The position numbers and the translations under genes are program-made. From NCBI RefSeq assembly GCF_001194135.2, contig NC_068981.1:116194830-116258829 (forward strand): a DNA stretch of 64,000 bases, read 5' to 3'. Numbering within the stretch: position 1 is the stretch's first letter; every line of letters begins with the position of its first letter. This document shows, in pieces, positions 13,925-27,899 of the stretch. The stretch comes from Octopus bimaculoides. Lineage: Eukaryota. The notes beneath the pieces were generated by a model that was given only the letters and a program-made list of their open reading frames with translations, was not told the origin of the DNA and made no database searches.

Positions 13925-14961
13925 CATATATATATATGAGCTTGGTTTGTTATTACAGACGTAAAATTGATTTGCATAGTTACAAATTGTGATTACGCTG
14001 TAGGTGGAAGGAATCTACCTCATTGTGAAAAATGATCCGACTTTTTCTTATATCTCTGTATCATTAAATTAATTAGCTACCTTTAATGTAGGTTGGAATA
14101 AGTAGGAATATATGCTCACAGAATATATTCCCATCTATTTTGTTTAAGGCTAGTGGATGAAATATACTCTGACGTAGTTTGACATCTGGCATTCATTGTT
14201 CTACATCTAAACCTTAGGGTCATCCTAGGGCCGATTTGATAGCGGAAATGTATCCATATCAGATTTTTCACTATTACTTCTCATATTTTTTGCCCTCATC
14301 ACAAATTATGCCTAACCAAACATATAAGACTGTCGAAACCATTATACTCCAGTCCGCTCCAAACTTTAATAGTGAAAACACCTTGGATAAAGCTGTATGG
14401 ATACATTTGAACCAGGATGAAATTTAGAGACATATGAACAAACAGAATACATGTAAATACCACATAGTACATACCATGATATCCATGCAGAAATATATGT
14501 CGGACAGAGGTTTAAGAGAATGTGCTGTATAAATGACAATGATAAAAGCTATGCAGATGTATAATTCTCCATATTAATTGTTATTCTCTTGGATATACAC
14601 ATGGCTAAACTTTTATAAAGCAAGATTTACACATCGGATGAAATACATCGGGATTGTTTACGCTAAAAGTCCCAGGTCCCTCAATATATCATTCGATGCT
14701 AGCAGACAGAACCTGCCAGGATATAGTAACTGTGTATATATATATATATATTACATATAAGGAGTTATGCGTGATAAATATAGAAGGTGCAAAACGAATG
14801 AGAAGTTTATAAATATAGGAATAAAAACGTCAACTTCTAAAATGGCAAACCGCCTAAATCGTCGAAAACTCACTTATGCATATAGAATATACGATAGAAA
14901 TAAAGCTGGATATCAAGGTTAAGAAAAACATAATTAAAATAGGATCCAAAACATACTCAAT

Positions 14962-15023
<62 letters not shown>

Positions 15024-15327
15024 TGTGTGTGCGTGCGTGTGTGTGTGTGCGTGCGCGCGCGTATAGACGTTGAGGCACCTCAACACACACACAGAGAAAG
15101 TCAGACAGAAGTACCGACATGCAAGCATATAAATAACTAGATATGCACTTTCATCAGTGCATAACCAGTTTTTTCTATTACACCAAATGAATATAACAGT
15201 GTGTATGCGTATGTATTTGAGCGTACATGTATATACACGCATACATATAAATTCATAGAAATATGCGTCTCTAGCTATCTACTGTGTGAATGTATGAATG
15301 TTTGTATGTTTGTATGAATGTGTGGGT

Positions 15328-15371
<44 letters not shown>

Positions 15372-16548
15372 ATGTGTGCTTGTATTTGTGCTTGTCGTCA
15401 ATCACCACTTGACAACCTGTGGGTGTTTTTTCATTCCCCCGTAACCAAGTGGTTCGGCTTAGGAAACTCATTGAATAAGTAGCAGACTTTAAAAGGAAAT
15501 ATAGTTCTGGGATCAATTCTTTCCACTAAAATTCTTCATATTTCTTTGTGTCTATGTCTATGAGCATATATAAACGTATTTGGCACTTTTCAGCATTAGT
15601 TTTTTTATGAATGTATGTATTTACTATGTGGCTAACGTTCTAAGTGTTTGAGCTTTGATGGTGTGTTGACTATGACGGTGGGAGTGAGATAATTACGGAG
15701 GTAGGCATGTGGAATGAAGTAGATCCGTACGAAAGTAGGGATGGTAATTTTAGTGTCGTGATTGGAAGGTGTGCTTTGATACACCCGGGTCATGCTCTTT
15801 TTAGCGTTGTACTAGTAACATGTGTTCAACAATTCGACGCATGTTCAAATGTAACAATACGAGATCAAAAGAGTGACCCGAAATTATAGAAGCGGTAACT
15901 AGAGGCAAAGAGAAAAGTGGAGTGGTAAAGAGGAGGAAGGCTAATAGGAGTAGAGAATAGAGGCATGTATATAGTAATGAAAATGAGATGTCTTGATAGG
16001 TATAGCATAAGTTGACACATGGTGACAAAATGAGCCAGAGACATAGATTACAGAGGAAGCTGGAATACACGCGCAAAAACAAACCATAAACGCAAGGCAT
16101 ATGTTCAAATTCCTTCGAAGCGAAGTTTTTGTAAACTAAGAATTTAACGTCTACGATATAATATTAGTTTTTAATTTCTTTTTGTTACTCATTTTCATAC
16201 TCTTGCCGTATTAAGTTACTTGCCCAATCTCATTTTTGTTTAAACTATGCAAATTACCCGACGAATTGTTTTACTTTTTTGTGCATGTGTCTTTAGAGCA
16301 AGTGTGGGCCATAGATTTGCCTAATAAGTGGCAGGTCACAAATTTACACCTTGAGCACGTTGCGCTGCTTTCTTCTATGCGACCCTTCTAATATGTCCGA
16401 GATTTTCACGACATATTATAATTCACTGTGTTCACTGGAAAATATGAGCAACTCAAATAAAATTTTTATTATTTTAGAAATTGGTGTGTCAGCAGGCTCG
16501 ATTTCTATGCATATTTTGAAATTTATAAAAAATGTTATTAATATATAC

Positions 16549-16905
16549 GCAGGCGTGGATGTGTGTTAAGAAACTTGCTTTCCTACCACATGGTTCCAGG
16601 TTCAGTCCTGCTGCAGAGCATCTTGGGCAAGTGTCTTCTGCTATAGCCTCAGTCTGATCAAAACCTTGTGAGAGGATTTGGTACACGCCTTGTGTCGGTG
16701 TTTGTTCCTCACCGCTGCGTGACAACCGAACTTGGTGATCGTACGTTCCCGTATCTTAACGGTTCAGCAAAAAAATACAAGAGAATAACTACCAAGCTTT
16801 AAAAACAAATAATAAGTATTGGAGGTCGATTCATTCAACTAAAAATGCTTCAAGTCAGTGCCCTAGCATGGTCGAAATCTAATGACTGAAACAAATAAAA
16901 GATAA
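16549..16905 (+). mobile_element. Near full-length tRNA-derived SINE
   Basis: Head gcaggcgtggatgtgtgttaagaa...ggttcagtcc, core ttgggcaagtgtcttct, tail atgactgaaacaaataaaagataaaa; reverse complement of 45575-45960. Confidence 0.75.
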
Positions 16906-19900
16906 AATATAAATTGGGTGAGTACTGTTATTTGGATCAAATTAGGGTTATAAACAAAGAAATGTCAGATATATTGCAAGGCAATTTAACCGAGAAATGT
17001 CTGTGGTAGCAACAGCAGTTTTATAGAGACTGATTTAATCGTTTTTATTTTACTTCAAATTCTATTGAACTTAAATTACAAATGTATTGATTTGGAACCA
17101 ATTTTTAATTGTACAGTTTTGGCTGGAGTTACAAATTACGTATTACCAACATTTAAGTTAGTATTAACATACTTTATGTAGTATGTATAAGTATTGCAAT
17201 TGATAAAATATACACTTACACCCATAGTGAGAAAACAAATAAAATTAAAAATTTGGCATAAAGAAGGTTGTATGTTTGATCCTTCACATGTGCAGTGATA
17301 TTTCCGTGCATGTTTCAATCATATAGAACCTTCTAATCGAAGCATGATCTTTACTGAGTACTTGGTATAATATTGGAGATAAAGCAATTTGAACTGTAGT
17401 ATAATAATAACCTAGTTTAGCAATAATTTTGCTAAAACGTTCTATTCAAGAAGAATTCTATCCAGTGCAATGGTTCTTTATTTTTTTTGCGTGGAGGAAG
17501 AGGAAATCAGATTAGTTGTGATTGTTAGTTCCAACAGTAGACAACATTAATGAAGAGAAAATAAATTATTTAAAAATATATTATCACGTAACTTACATAG
17601 GAAGTATATTATTATGTGACTTACATAGGAAATTTCTATATATTTATATAAATCTACCAAATTACATTTATCAAACAGAATATATTGTATGGCTGTAAAA
17701 AAATTCTTACTAGCTATTTCGAACAATGCTACTCTAACTTGGCGATCCGCATTGACTGTACTTTGAACATCTCTTTCTGATATCAGACTTCAGTTAAAAC
17801 TCGTAGCAATATAGATTTTTAAAGTTCAAACAGTTGTTAGCTTTGATGGATCACGAAAACTTTATAAAAACCGTTAATATTTCTTCAAATTTCATACCTA
17901 AAAGTACAAGAGAAATTCTATTCGATTTAACAATATATTTCATGGCAGATATTTATTAGCAAATCAGGTCTTTGCCAAATTGTACGTTTTCTTTTTTTTT
18001 TTTTTCAATTTTCACTTTTTAGATTGCCATTTGTCTTACACGCATGACTATAGTCAGTCAAGCTAAAGGCAAATGCGACCTAATTTGATCCAAATAACAA
18101 AATTCTCCCAATTTATCAAGAATCAGATGGAAGCCATATCTTTTATTTGTTTCAATCATTAGATTATGACCATTATAGGAATCCATGTAAATCAAATATT
18201 TCAAGGGAAATAAATCCAACAAAGTCTAAGCCAGGAAGGTTACTACTTGTCATGCACTTATTTTAAATATCAGTAAATTTTTGTTCCTTCATGTTCAGGT
18301 ATTCATAAATCCTTAGATTTGCCATATACTCCAAATTAATAATTACAAAAACTTCACTAATCGTTCATTTAATTCTTATTCGTCAACTTCTCTTCGCAGC
18401 TGCGTAAGGAGAAAAGACGAGAATTGAAACCTGTGTGGTGATCTCTACACTGTAGCAACATGTATTATTGTTTTCCGCCTCTCATATACATTTACGTCTT
18501 ATATGTTTTGTCTAAGTACAATCGGATACGTCAGTCCAAGTAATTGATTGGAGTCTATCGACCATGAGAGGCGAGTGATAAGCAAACATCATACAAGGCA
18601 TTTATTTCCGTTCTATCATTTCTAAAATTCTACCGATTTCAATCATTTATAATAATACTGAATTTCGCTGGTTCAGTAAATCTGTTTGAGTGAAATCCAG
18701 TTCACTATAAGTATTTACAGTACAGATTTCACAGAAATTACTGGCATAAGTGACCAAAGACATGTTACTAAGGCAGACTAACGAGAAAATATATCGACTC
18801 GAATATACTTAAATACGGACCCGAAATTTTTGAATAAATACATTTTGAAGAGAAAAATTGATTCTTAATATATTCAACTTAAGTAGTCGCTTTGTGCAGT
18901 GTCTACTGTGCACAAATCTACCTTACTTGTGAACAAACGCAGAAACTGAAATAACTTAGAAGGTTAAAGCATTTCTCAAACTATTAAGCCCATCATTACA
19001 TTTACGTTTTAATCACATTGAAGCTGAATATGTTCATATAACTTTTATTTCTAATGTAGGAATAATATATTCCTTATTCACTAGATTCTTAACAGATAGG
19101 TATACTTTTGGATTTATAACATTAATATATGGTACAGCTTTGAATTTAGACGGCATTAAATATCTTAAATAAATTAGAAGTATAGAATGTAGTTTTATGA
19201 ATGAATACTATCGCAAAAAAATATATATATTCCATTGGACAGAGCATCTAGATTAACTCGCCTGGCTACGTCTAAGATCACATATTTCTATAGCCGAATA
19301 ACTTGTCGACACAAATTCTCTTTCTCTTTCTGACGGGCTTGATTCTAGTAAAAATCCCTACTGAAATGTTGGAAAGAAAACATAAAATAAAGTGCATGCG
19401 CGCGCACGCACGCACATATACACACACATACACGAGGAAAGAAGGAAAGAAATGAGTATTGTGATTAAGATCAAGTAGAAAGAGAAGAAAACACTATCTC
19501 ATTCTATCAGAAATTTAATTCTAGTAAAATATGTTAGCTAAAACCAACATTTAGTTTTAGATTTGATTATATGTTATGACACACAACCAGACATATTATG
19601 AGGTCGAGACAATGCAACAAGGAGAAGAGTGTTTGATAGTATAACAAACGGGTTAAATTGTGAAAGCCGCTTTGTTTTGTATTTCTTTTTGCACAAAGGA
19701 GATATTGTTGCAAAATTGAAAAATAAAAAAAAAAACAGAATTTTTATAGATTTAAACATGCTAATACTTAATATCATGTCGTTTATATATGTGTAACAAA
19801 ATAAAAAAGGGAAAATGTGGGTTACTTTCGAAATTAACCCAGATTACTATTGAATTTATTATTTTACTTTAGTGCTACTTTTTTTACTTTCTTTTCTTGC

Positions 19901-21739
19901 GAAAACACGAAGATGTTTTAATATACATAACTAATTCAATTGGTGATTTTTGGTGACACGTGAGTAATTGGATTTAGAATTTAGTGTGAGGTTTCTGAGT
20001 ATTTTTAATTTATTACTTCCTAGTGTTCACTTTCACTAATATTGGTCTCTATTCATGAAGGTACACGTGTCCTATACTTTAGGTGGAAGGCCAAAATAGG
20101 AAATGTCCGATTGTAACTGTCCTAACAACATTAAAATCACAAATAAGATGAAAAGCTTTCCAAAGAAAATATATGAAGAGATCAGCTTATAGAAATCTCC
20201 GAAAAGAATTACATGTGTCATTAAAATATTTGCACCGCGACCATACGATTATAAGGGTGATGCAGCGAAGTAATTTAGCCACGGATTATCCAGTGGATTT
20301 TGAGCAAAATTTAATGTACGCAAGTAATTTTATAGATGCCATGTAAAATAATTTACATTAATAAAAAATAGCATACTCGATACGGATATACAGTAAAGTT
20401 AGGTACTGATATAGTCCTTGTGTTATCTAGAGCATAGTTACCCGGTGTTTTATGTATGGATTATTCTAAACAATCATTTATTTAGAAGGGGCCTATGGTA
20501 AAGAAATCCGATAATACGTGAGTTCTGTCGAGGGTACCACTTGTGAGAACGCAATTATGCGCAGGTTGTTTTCTCTACACCATCAAGTCGTTAGAGGAAA
20601 AATTTTACAAACTAAAATTGATAGTTAAGTTAATGTGATAGTAAAAGGGATGAAGTGGTGATCAGCGAGCAGAGATGATATGGTGATGTGCATACAGTGT
20701 CGAAAGAGGGAATGAAGAGAGTGACTCAAATGTAATAAATGCGTTTATGAAAAAACATTACCCATTTCATAACTTATATAACAGAAATATCCCGGCGTCA
20801 GTGAATTAACAGAAAACGCACACACGCACACGCCCGCGCACGCAAACACACGCACACACATATATACACAAACAAATAGTTACGATATTATACGATAGGC
20901 TTTCTCATAGATTGTCTACTAAAGTGCACAAAGAAAAGATATAGGACTAGATCTTAGTTGGAGACTTTTGATATGTTAACAGAGCCAGTTCAAAATTGGA
21001 TCGAAACCCGTGCTTGCACTGGAAACATCTTAACAAAACAGATTTGCCTAAGTAGCTGACGATTGTTTGAATGAAATCTTTTTACACATTTAGAAAGTAT
21101 ACATATCTTAAATTTATTTTCATTTTTAGCTACCGTAACACAAGAATATATTAGTATTACAAGATAACAATGCGTGCTGCTGATCAGTTCAGTATTTTTC
21201 TACTTTAATCAGTTGGACATCTTGTCCCTCTTGAGGATTCTGTTGAAACTTTGGTAATAATTCTGTTTTTGCAAGCAAAGGTTTGAAATTCATGTTGCGA
21301 GTTTAAAACAAATCGCCAATTACAACATTGCATTTTATCTTATATTATGTAGTAACAGCTGTTATACCAAGCTATTGCTTGCTCAGTATCTTAGCAAGAG
21401 CTTAAATGTAATGCACTTCTATATATGAAGGATTCAGTGGTATACAAAAGAAGATCCAATGCAGAATGCGCGCACAAGCGCAAATTTATATACATGCACA
21501 TAAGGACATCCAGAAGACCACGAACACATATGTATATATAGAATATATATGTATATATAAAATATAAGGATGTATATGTGTGTGTTTGTGCATGTGTGAG
21601 TTTAAGCATTTCTGCATATATGTAGATAATGTAGGCGTGTAGTCTGTATGTAATGTATGTTTGTATGTATGTATATATGCAAACATGTATGTATGCATAT
21701 ATGTATGCATGTATATATATATATATGTATGTATTGTGC

Positions 21740-21778
<39 letters not shown>

Positions 21779-22219
21779 TGTGTGTGTGTGTTTGTGTGTG
21801 TGTGTGTATACATATACAGGCATACGGCGAAAAGCAAACACGGAAAACTCATACATATCCACAAATACACCAATAGAAGCAGAAACACATACATTCATTC
21901 ATACATATAAATACATAAACACATGTATAAATATATACATACATACACACACACCTACATAAAGAGAGAAAAGAACTGAACGAAACACTCAATAACCGAA
22001 TCAAAAGACCTAGAAACACCGAAGGATGATGGAAATGTCATTCATACAAGGTTTTTACATACATTTTCAAGCCAACCTTATGGTTAAAACATATTTTTTA
22101 ACATGTGTCTTGTACATTATTGTTAAAACTATAAAGCGTGGGGTAGTAAGACAAAATAATACCAAACACGAAAAAAACATGATTCTGAACAGTTTTATGT
22201 ACACATGTATATATGCATG

Positions 22220-22276
<57 letters not shown>

Positions 22277-23273
22277 GTATGTATGCATGTATATATGTAT
22301 ATATATATATATGCATGTGCGTGTGTATNNNNNNNNNNNNNNNNNNNNNNNNNNNNNNNNNNNNNNNNNNNNNNNNNNNNNNNNNNNNNNNNNNNNNNNN
22401 NNNNNNNNNNNNNNNNNNNNNNNNNNNNNNNNNNNNNNNNNNNNNNNNNNNNNNNNNNNNNNNNNNNNNNNNNNNNNNNNNNNNNNNNNNNNNNNNNNNN
22501 NNNNNNNNNNNNNNNNNNNNNNNNNNNNNNNNNNNNNNNNNNNNNNNNNNNNNNNNNNNNNNNNNNNNNNNNNNNNNNNNNNNNNNNNNNNNNNNNNNNN
22601 NNATAAGCATATACACGCAAGCATACACACAGATACACACGCACATTTTCTTGTATGTGTGTGCGCATATATATCATCGCTTGTTTTCTTTTTATTTTTA
22701 TCTTATCTTTACGTTTAAAACATAAGAAAAATATTTTAAAATAAGAATGTCAGAAACAAACAAAAAAAATTGCATAGAAAAAACAAAGAAATAATCAAAG
22801 CAATATATAAATAAATAAGGAAACATTCCACATTGAAAATAAAGGAAATGGCCGGTTTGTAGTAAGATTATGAAAGTTATGAAGTCAAGGGTGGAAGATA
22901 AAGGTTAAGATTACGGCAGAAGACCGGCTTTTAGAACTGGAATAAAAATCTATGAAAACCCATATGAGAGAAACGAAAACATTCTTCAACATCTGCCTCA
23001 AAGGAAAACCCTCTTTGCGAAGACTTTTTTCATTCTATTGTTGTTGCTGCAATTGTCGTTATGTATGCCTTCTTTCATTTTCGTTTACCTTAGTGCAACT
23101 TCTGTCTGTCACTCTCTTTTTCTCTTTGTTTCCTTCTTCCCATACAGACACAAACATTCGCACATAGACATACTCACACGCAGACGCGCACACAAACATC
23201 CTTGCATATATATTCACAGACACATATGTGTATACACACACACACACATACACACACACATATATATATATAA

Positions 23274-23307
<34 letters not shown>

Positions 23308-23312
23308 GGATG

Positions 23313-23368
<56 letters not shown>

Positions 23369-23697
23369 TATAGATAGATAGATAGATAGATATGCCCACA
23401 AGTGCGCGCACACTCACACACTTGTATATTTGTGTGTATATATATATAAATATTTAAACATACATCCTCACTCACTTATATATGAGCCTATTTGTATATG
23501 CGTATATAATNNNNNNNNNNNNNNNNNNNNNNNNNNNNNNNNNNNNNNNNNNNNNNNNNNNNNNNNNNNNNNNNNNNNNNNNNNNNNNNNNNNNNNNNNA
23601 TATATATATATATATGAGTGCGTGTATGTAACTGCACGTGGACTGTTGGCAATTCTTTCCTCCTTCTTCCTTTTCTTTTGAATTTTCCTGTGTCTCC

Positions 23698-23734
23698 TGT
23701 TTCCGAAGAAGAGCTTTGCTCGAAACGTAAAACA
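23698..23734 (+). ncRNA. Minimal type-I hammerhead ribozyme motif (Penelope-type), U4C core variant
   Basis: UGUUU-CCGAAGA-A-GAGC(UUU)GCUC-GAAA-CG-UA-AAACA: 5-bp helix I, 4-bp helix II, loopless palindromic helix III (ACGU), predicted cleavage after A23729. Confidence 0.7.
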
Positions 23735-25299
23735 ACCACTACTTCTTTCCTTCTCTGAGCGTCTTATTAGTACTTAGTATGTACCACGTCCTTGCGTTGT
23801 TGTTTTGTCTTGTCTTTTTTCTCTGTTTTTTTTTTATTAATTATATATATCGATGTGTGCGTTTGTATGCGTGTGTGGGTACTACGTACGTATGTATGTG
23901 TGTGTGTGTGTGTGTGTGTGTTGGTTTTATATATACTTTAATTGTTGTTTTCTTGGAAAACGACATCAATAATTCAAAAGTTTACGTTGATCCTAGTTTT
24001 TTTGTTTACTAAGCCTGATATTTATTTTATTCAACTCTTTGTAGAACCACTAGGAAAAGTTACACTAACACATACGCGGACATCGACACTGACACTCATA
24101 GTTGTACACAAAACACATGTTTGTATGTGCATGTGTATATTCATGTGTGCATATGCATGTGTTTGTGTATGCGCGCATGTGAATATCTGATATATGGTTG
24201 ATTAATTTGTGAAGTTAAGAATTACCTGTGCGTATGCGTATGTAAATGCATGTGTGTATACATACACATACATTTACACAGGTAGTTCTTGGCTTCACGA
24301 CTCAATCTATCGTCTATCGCAAATGGTAATTATTTCCTATATTATCATGAATCAGTTTAGGATGCCTCCATAAAGATTTCTAGTTGAAAATAAAATGGCA
24401 CGTTGAACTCAATCAAATATACTAGAGATGAACAAAGGATGCTGGGCATAACCGAGCTTGTTTGGCCTTTGGCACAATTGAACGTTCTATTCATCCGCTA
24501 GAACATCATTTTGGAATAGTGCGCATCGAGTTACGAGGAATTTTTTTTTTAATAGTTTGTACTTTTGTTTTGAATTTAGTTGTTAAGCAGTTGTTGCTTG
24601 TGTTTCGCTCAGCTCAGCCCTGTTTCGAATGTCAGTGTACGTAGACCAATATACCTTTATTTAAGCCTTGATTTTCTTACTCAAGAGGGATTCTAAGAAA
24701 TCGCGGTTAGATCATTGAGCAGTTCTGATAGACTGTAGTACAGTTATTTTGGCTTCTCCATTTCTCTCTCTCCCTTTCCTTTTCTCCCTTTCCCCCTCAC
24801 TCTCTCACTTCTAGTTACCAATTTTGCCTCGATGTTTAGGCCGTTAACTTAATTTTAGATTATGTATACAGTACGTTTTCATTTAATAACCTCACTCTTA
24901 TTCTGTTACAATCTCTTCTAGTAGTTTAACCATCACCCCCACCCCCTTCGACAATGCAATTAGTCTACTTCTATGCTCACTACGATGGAAGTGTTTTAAT
25001 CATAATGATGGAATGCGCTGGTCATTCACTATAGTTTTCTATATTTATTTTCTTGTTTTGTATTTTCGGTTACAAATGTAGTTAGTTTCGTTTTCTAGTT
25101 TTTATTTATTTAATTACTAAAATACGCCTTTTGTCCCTTGATGCACGAAGATTTTTTATCAAAATTAAAAACATATTTCCTTACAACATAAACCCTATCT
25201 CAATGTGCTGGCACATATAGACTTAAATACTCGTATTTGTGTTTATTGCAGATAAGGATATATTTTAAAATTATTGAACACGGAAAGATTATTTGAAGC

Positions 25300-26100
25300 T
25301 ATCATATGACTATTGTCAAATACATACTTATTTGCTGCTGCAAATAGTAATGGTCATAGAACCTGCAGAGCACAGTTTTAGGACCATTACTCTTTATTGT
25401 CACCCTTCGAGTATAATCTTACAGGTGCACTCAGCCAATGTCAGAAAGATATCGATGGCTATCCAAACTCTACTCCATAATGAGCTAAACCTGATTTACC
25501 AATTTGCAGATAAAAACAATACGAAATTCAATGCATTCAAGTTTTCCATCACGCAGGGAATATCCACAAATCACATTATTTCACATCAGATAACAATGAT
25601 TCAGAGCGCCAGTTAACTACGACACTTATGGTGCATCTTTCATCTGCCAAATCACCAACATTTTCTCTAAATTGAGACATCTCATACGATGGATCCTTCG
25701 AACTTTTGTGACAAGAAAAAACGATTGTTATGATAACTCTATATGCAAAAGTTTAGTTCTGAGCAGATAGATTACTGCTTACAGCTTTGGTCTTCAAATA
25801 CATCTGGTCCTGTAGGAGAAATTTAAGGATTATAAAGAACTATCATCTGTTAACTAACTTTGATTAAAAGATTTAATTGCTGCGAGCGTCAGAAAGCTCT
25901 GCGTCTCTACTCTCTTGAACATCAAAGAGAGAGATATACTACCATATATGTATGGAAATTCCAGGAGGGGCATGTTCCAAAACTTGGACATCAGAGTACA
26001 TTTTAATGCTCCACCTGGCTGATACTGCTAGCCTTGAAATTACGAGCAAAAACACTCTATTGTATCCGTCTAATATTTAGAGGTTCCCCGTTGTTCAACT
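25300..26100 (+). mobile_element. Decayed CR1-like LINE, RT C-terminus and 3' region
   Basis: Fragmented motifs TVLGPLLFIVTL, ADKNNTKFNAFKF, IRWILRTF, DYCLQLWS, ERQKALRLYSLEHQRERYTTIYVWK. Confidence 0.65.
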
Positions 26101-26330
26101 GCTACAAATTTAATTACAGTCGAACTTCCAGTCATAGAGGGACAACAAGAGCGAAAGAAAATAAATGAGGGTGTTTAATAGCAGTTATCTTTTGAATAAT
26201 CGATGATATCCTACAATATATATATATATTGATAGAAAAGGTAAGACAACAAAATAAAGAAAGAGACCTCGATATTATGTAAATAGAAGAATTTATCTGT
26301 AAATGATGTGTGACAATTAATTATTCGGTA

Positions 26331-26388
26331 GCCATGATAAAACTCCAAGTTTCGGAAGCCCACGCCGTCGTCTCTTCAGTTATCTGGC
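26331..26388 (-). ncRNA. Type-I hammerhead ribozyme motif, probably in the 3' pseudo-LTR of the adjacent Penelope-like element
   Basis: Minus strand GCCAGAUAA-CUGAAGA-[19 nt, imperfect helix II]-GAAA-CUUGGAG-UU-UUAUCAUGGC: canonical core, 9-bp helix I with one bulge, near-palindromic helix III. Confidence 0.6.
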
Positions 26389-26934
26389 CATCGAAGAATG
26401 CTATGAAAATGACATTTAAACAAAGGGAAATTACAGTGTGGTTGACCGTTATTAAGACAAAGGAGCTATTAGAATCACCGCTAAGTGAGGGGAGGGAGTA
26501 AAGGTAAGGAAGTAAAAATGTCCATAGTATTCACGTTAGCGCACCAGTCCATACGTACACATGCGCGCCCGCGCACCCACGTACATGCGCCTAAATATAT
26601 ATATATATATACTCATCCACCCTCACTTGAAACACACACAACCTCACCCACACTTTCGCCAAAAAATATATATATACCCGCATACACGCCCACACACACA
26701 CACACGCACGCAACACGCTCGTACACCTACACACGCGCGCAAAAAGGTTCATACACACATCTATATACGCACAGGAAAAAAGCAGGGTGGAAGGTAGAAT
26801 ACAGAAAAACTATGTGTAAAAAATATATAAAACAATATCTCTATAAATATGTAAAAAATATATATGAAATATAAGTGAAAAGTATAGAGAGATGAAAAGC
26901 TTGCACACATTAGTGAAAACAAATCCTATCAGTA

Positions 26935-27765
26935 ATCTCGGGGGACCAAAAACGTAACAAATATTTAGCCACATGTGGATATGATCCGAAAAGTTCAGTT
27001 CTTGAATTTAGGCATATGGTGGTGTCTAAGCTGCCTTTTCAGATGAGCCATCTTTCCATATCACAAAGACCGCATTTTCCGCTGCCGTTGGTGTAGGGTT
27101 TACACTTGGCTAAGATCTTCCAATGGATGTTGTAACTGACACCTTTATCTTTTAAGGACCATATATGACTGGTTAATTTGGTCGTTTTCCTCTTATCCCA
27201 GTGCCTGAAGATTGAGGTGATTGTTGAATCTGGCTTCGAAATTACCCTCTGTAAGGCACACGTATTCCTTCGTCGAAACTGTATCCTTAGTGGATATAGA
27301 GTGCACGGTGGCTATAATAAATGATGGTCTCGGACATGCAAGCTCCATTTAGCAGGCACAAATTTTTATCCCTACATAAATAGCTAGTTTCATATTGTGG
27401 TTTTTGTGTGTTGTGTATGATTATATTTTTTAAATTAGTGGTTGAGCTGAAGCTGATTTTTAAGTTATGTCTATTGAAGAGCTTTCTGTAACTATGGTTG
27501 ATTGGAAAATGTCTTTCTATCAGTGCTAAGAAATACTTGCCTATATTAAAGGTCACTTTGGGTGAGTAGGAGGGTGTGAACCAGATAGTTTTCCTATTTC
27601 TATGTTTCCTTTTCTTTATTATTGGACTGGTGGCAGGTGTATAGGTTATTTCCTCACTAAAACCACTATCTTTTAGTGCCTTATTATATACTGGGGCAAC
27701 GCTATTAAAAATGTCCCTATCAGAGCAGAGGCTAGATATTCGTTAAATTTAGAAAAATATTCGGA
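26935..27765 (-). mobile_element. Penelope-like element (Naiad-like): RT thumb, Cys linker and GIY-YIG endonuclease
   Basis: Minus-strand translation RISSLCSDRDIFNSVAPVYNKALKDSGF...KTIWFTPSYSPKVTFNIGKYFLALIERHFP...CRDKNLCLLNGAC..IIY...YVCLTEGNFEARFNNH...WKILAKCKPY...CGLC...LNSRTEL; frameshifted. Naiad assignment is inferred from the WFxP thumb and Cys pattern. Confidence 0.8.
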
Positions 27766-27813
27766 TTGTTAATGTTTGTTTCATACGCACATACTGATAT
27801 ACATACATACACA

Positions 27814-27847
<34 letters not shown>

Positions 27848-27899
27848 CATACATACATATATACATACATACATACATATATACATACATACATTTTTT

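Noticed and set aside
27020-27040. In-frame TGA in the Naiad-like endonuclease as possible selenocysteine
   Set aside because: It is not at an evident Cys position, and the copy has other stops and frameshifts; more likely decay.
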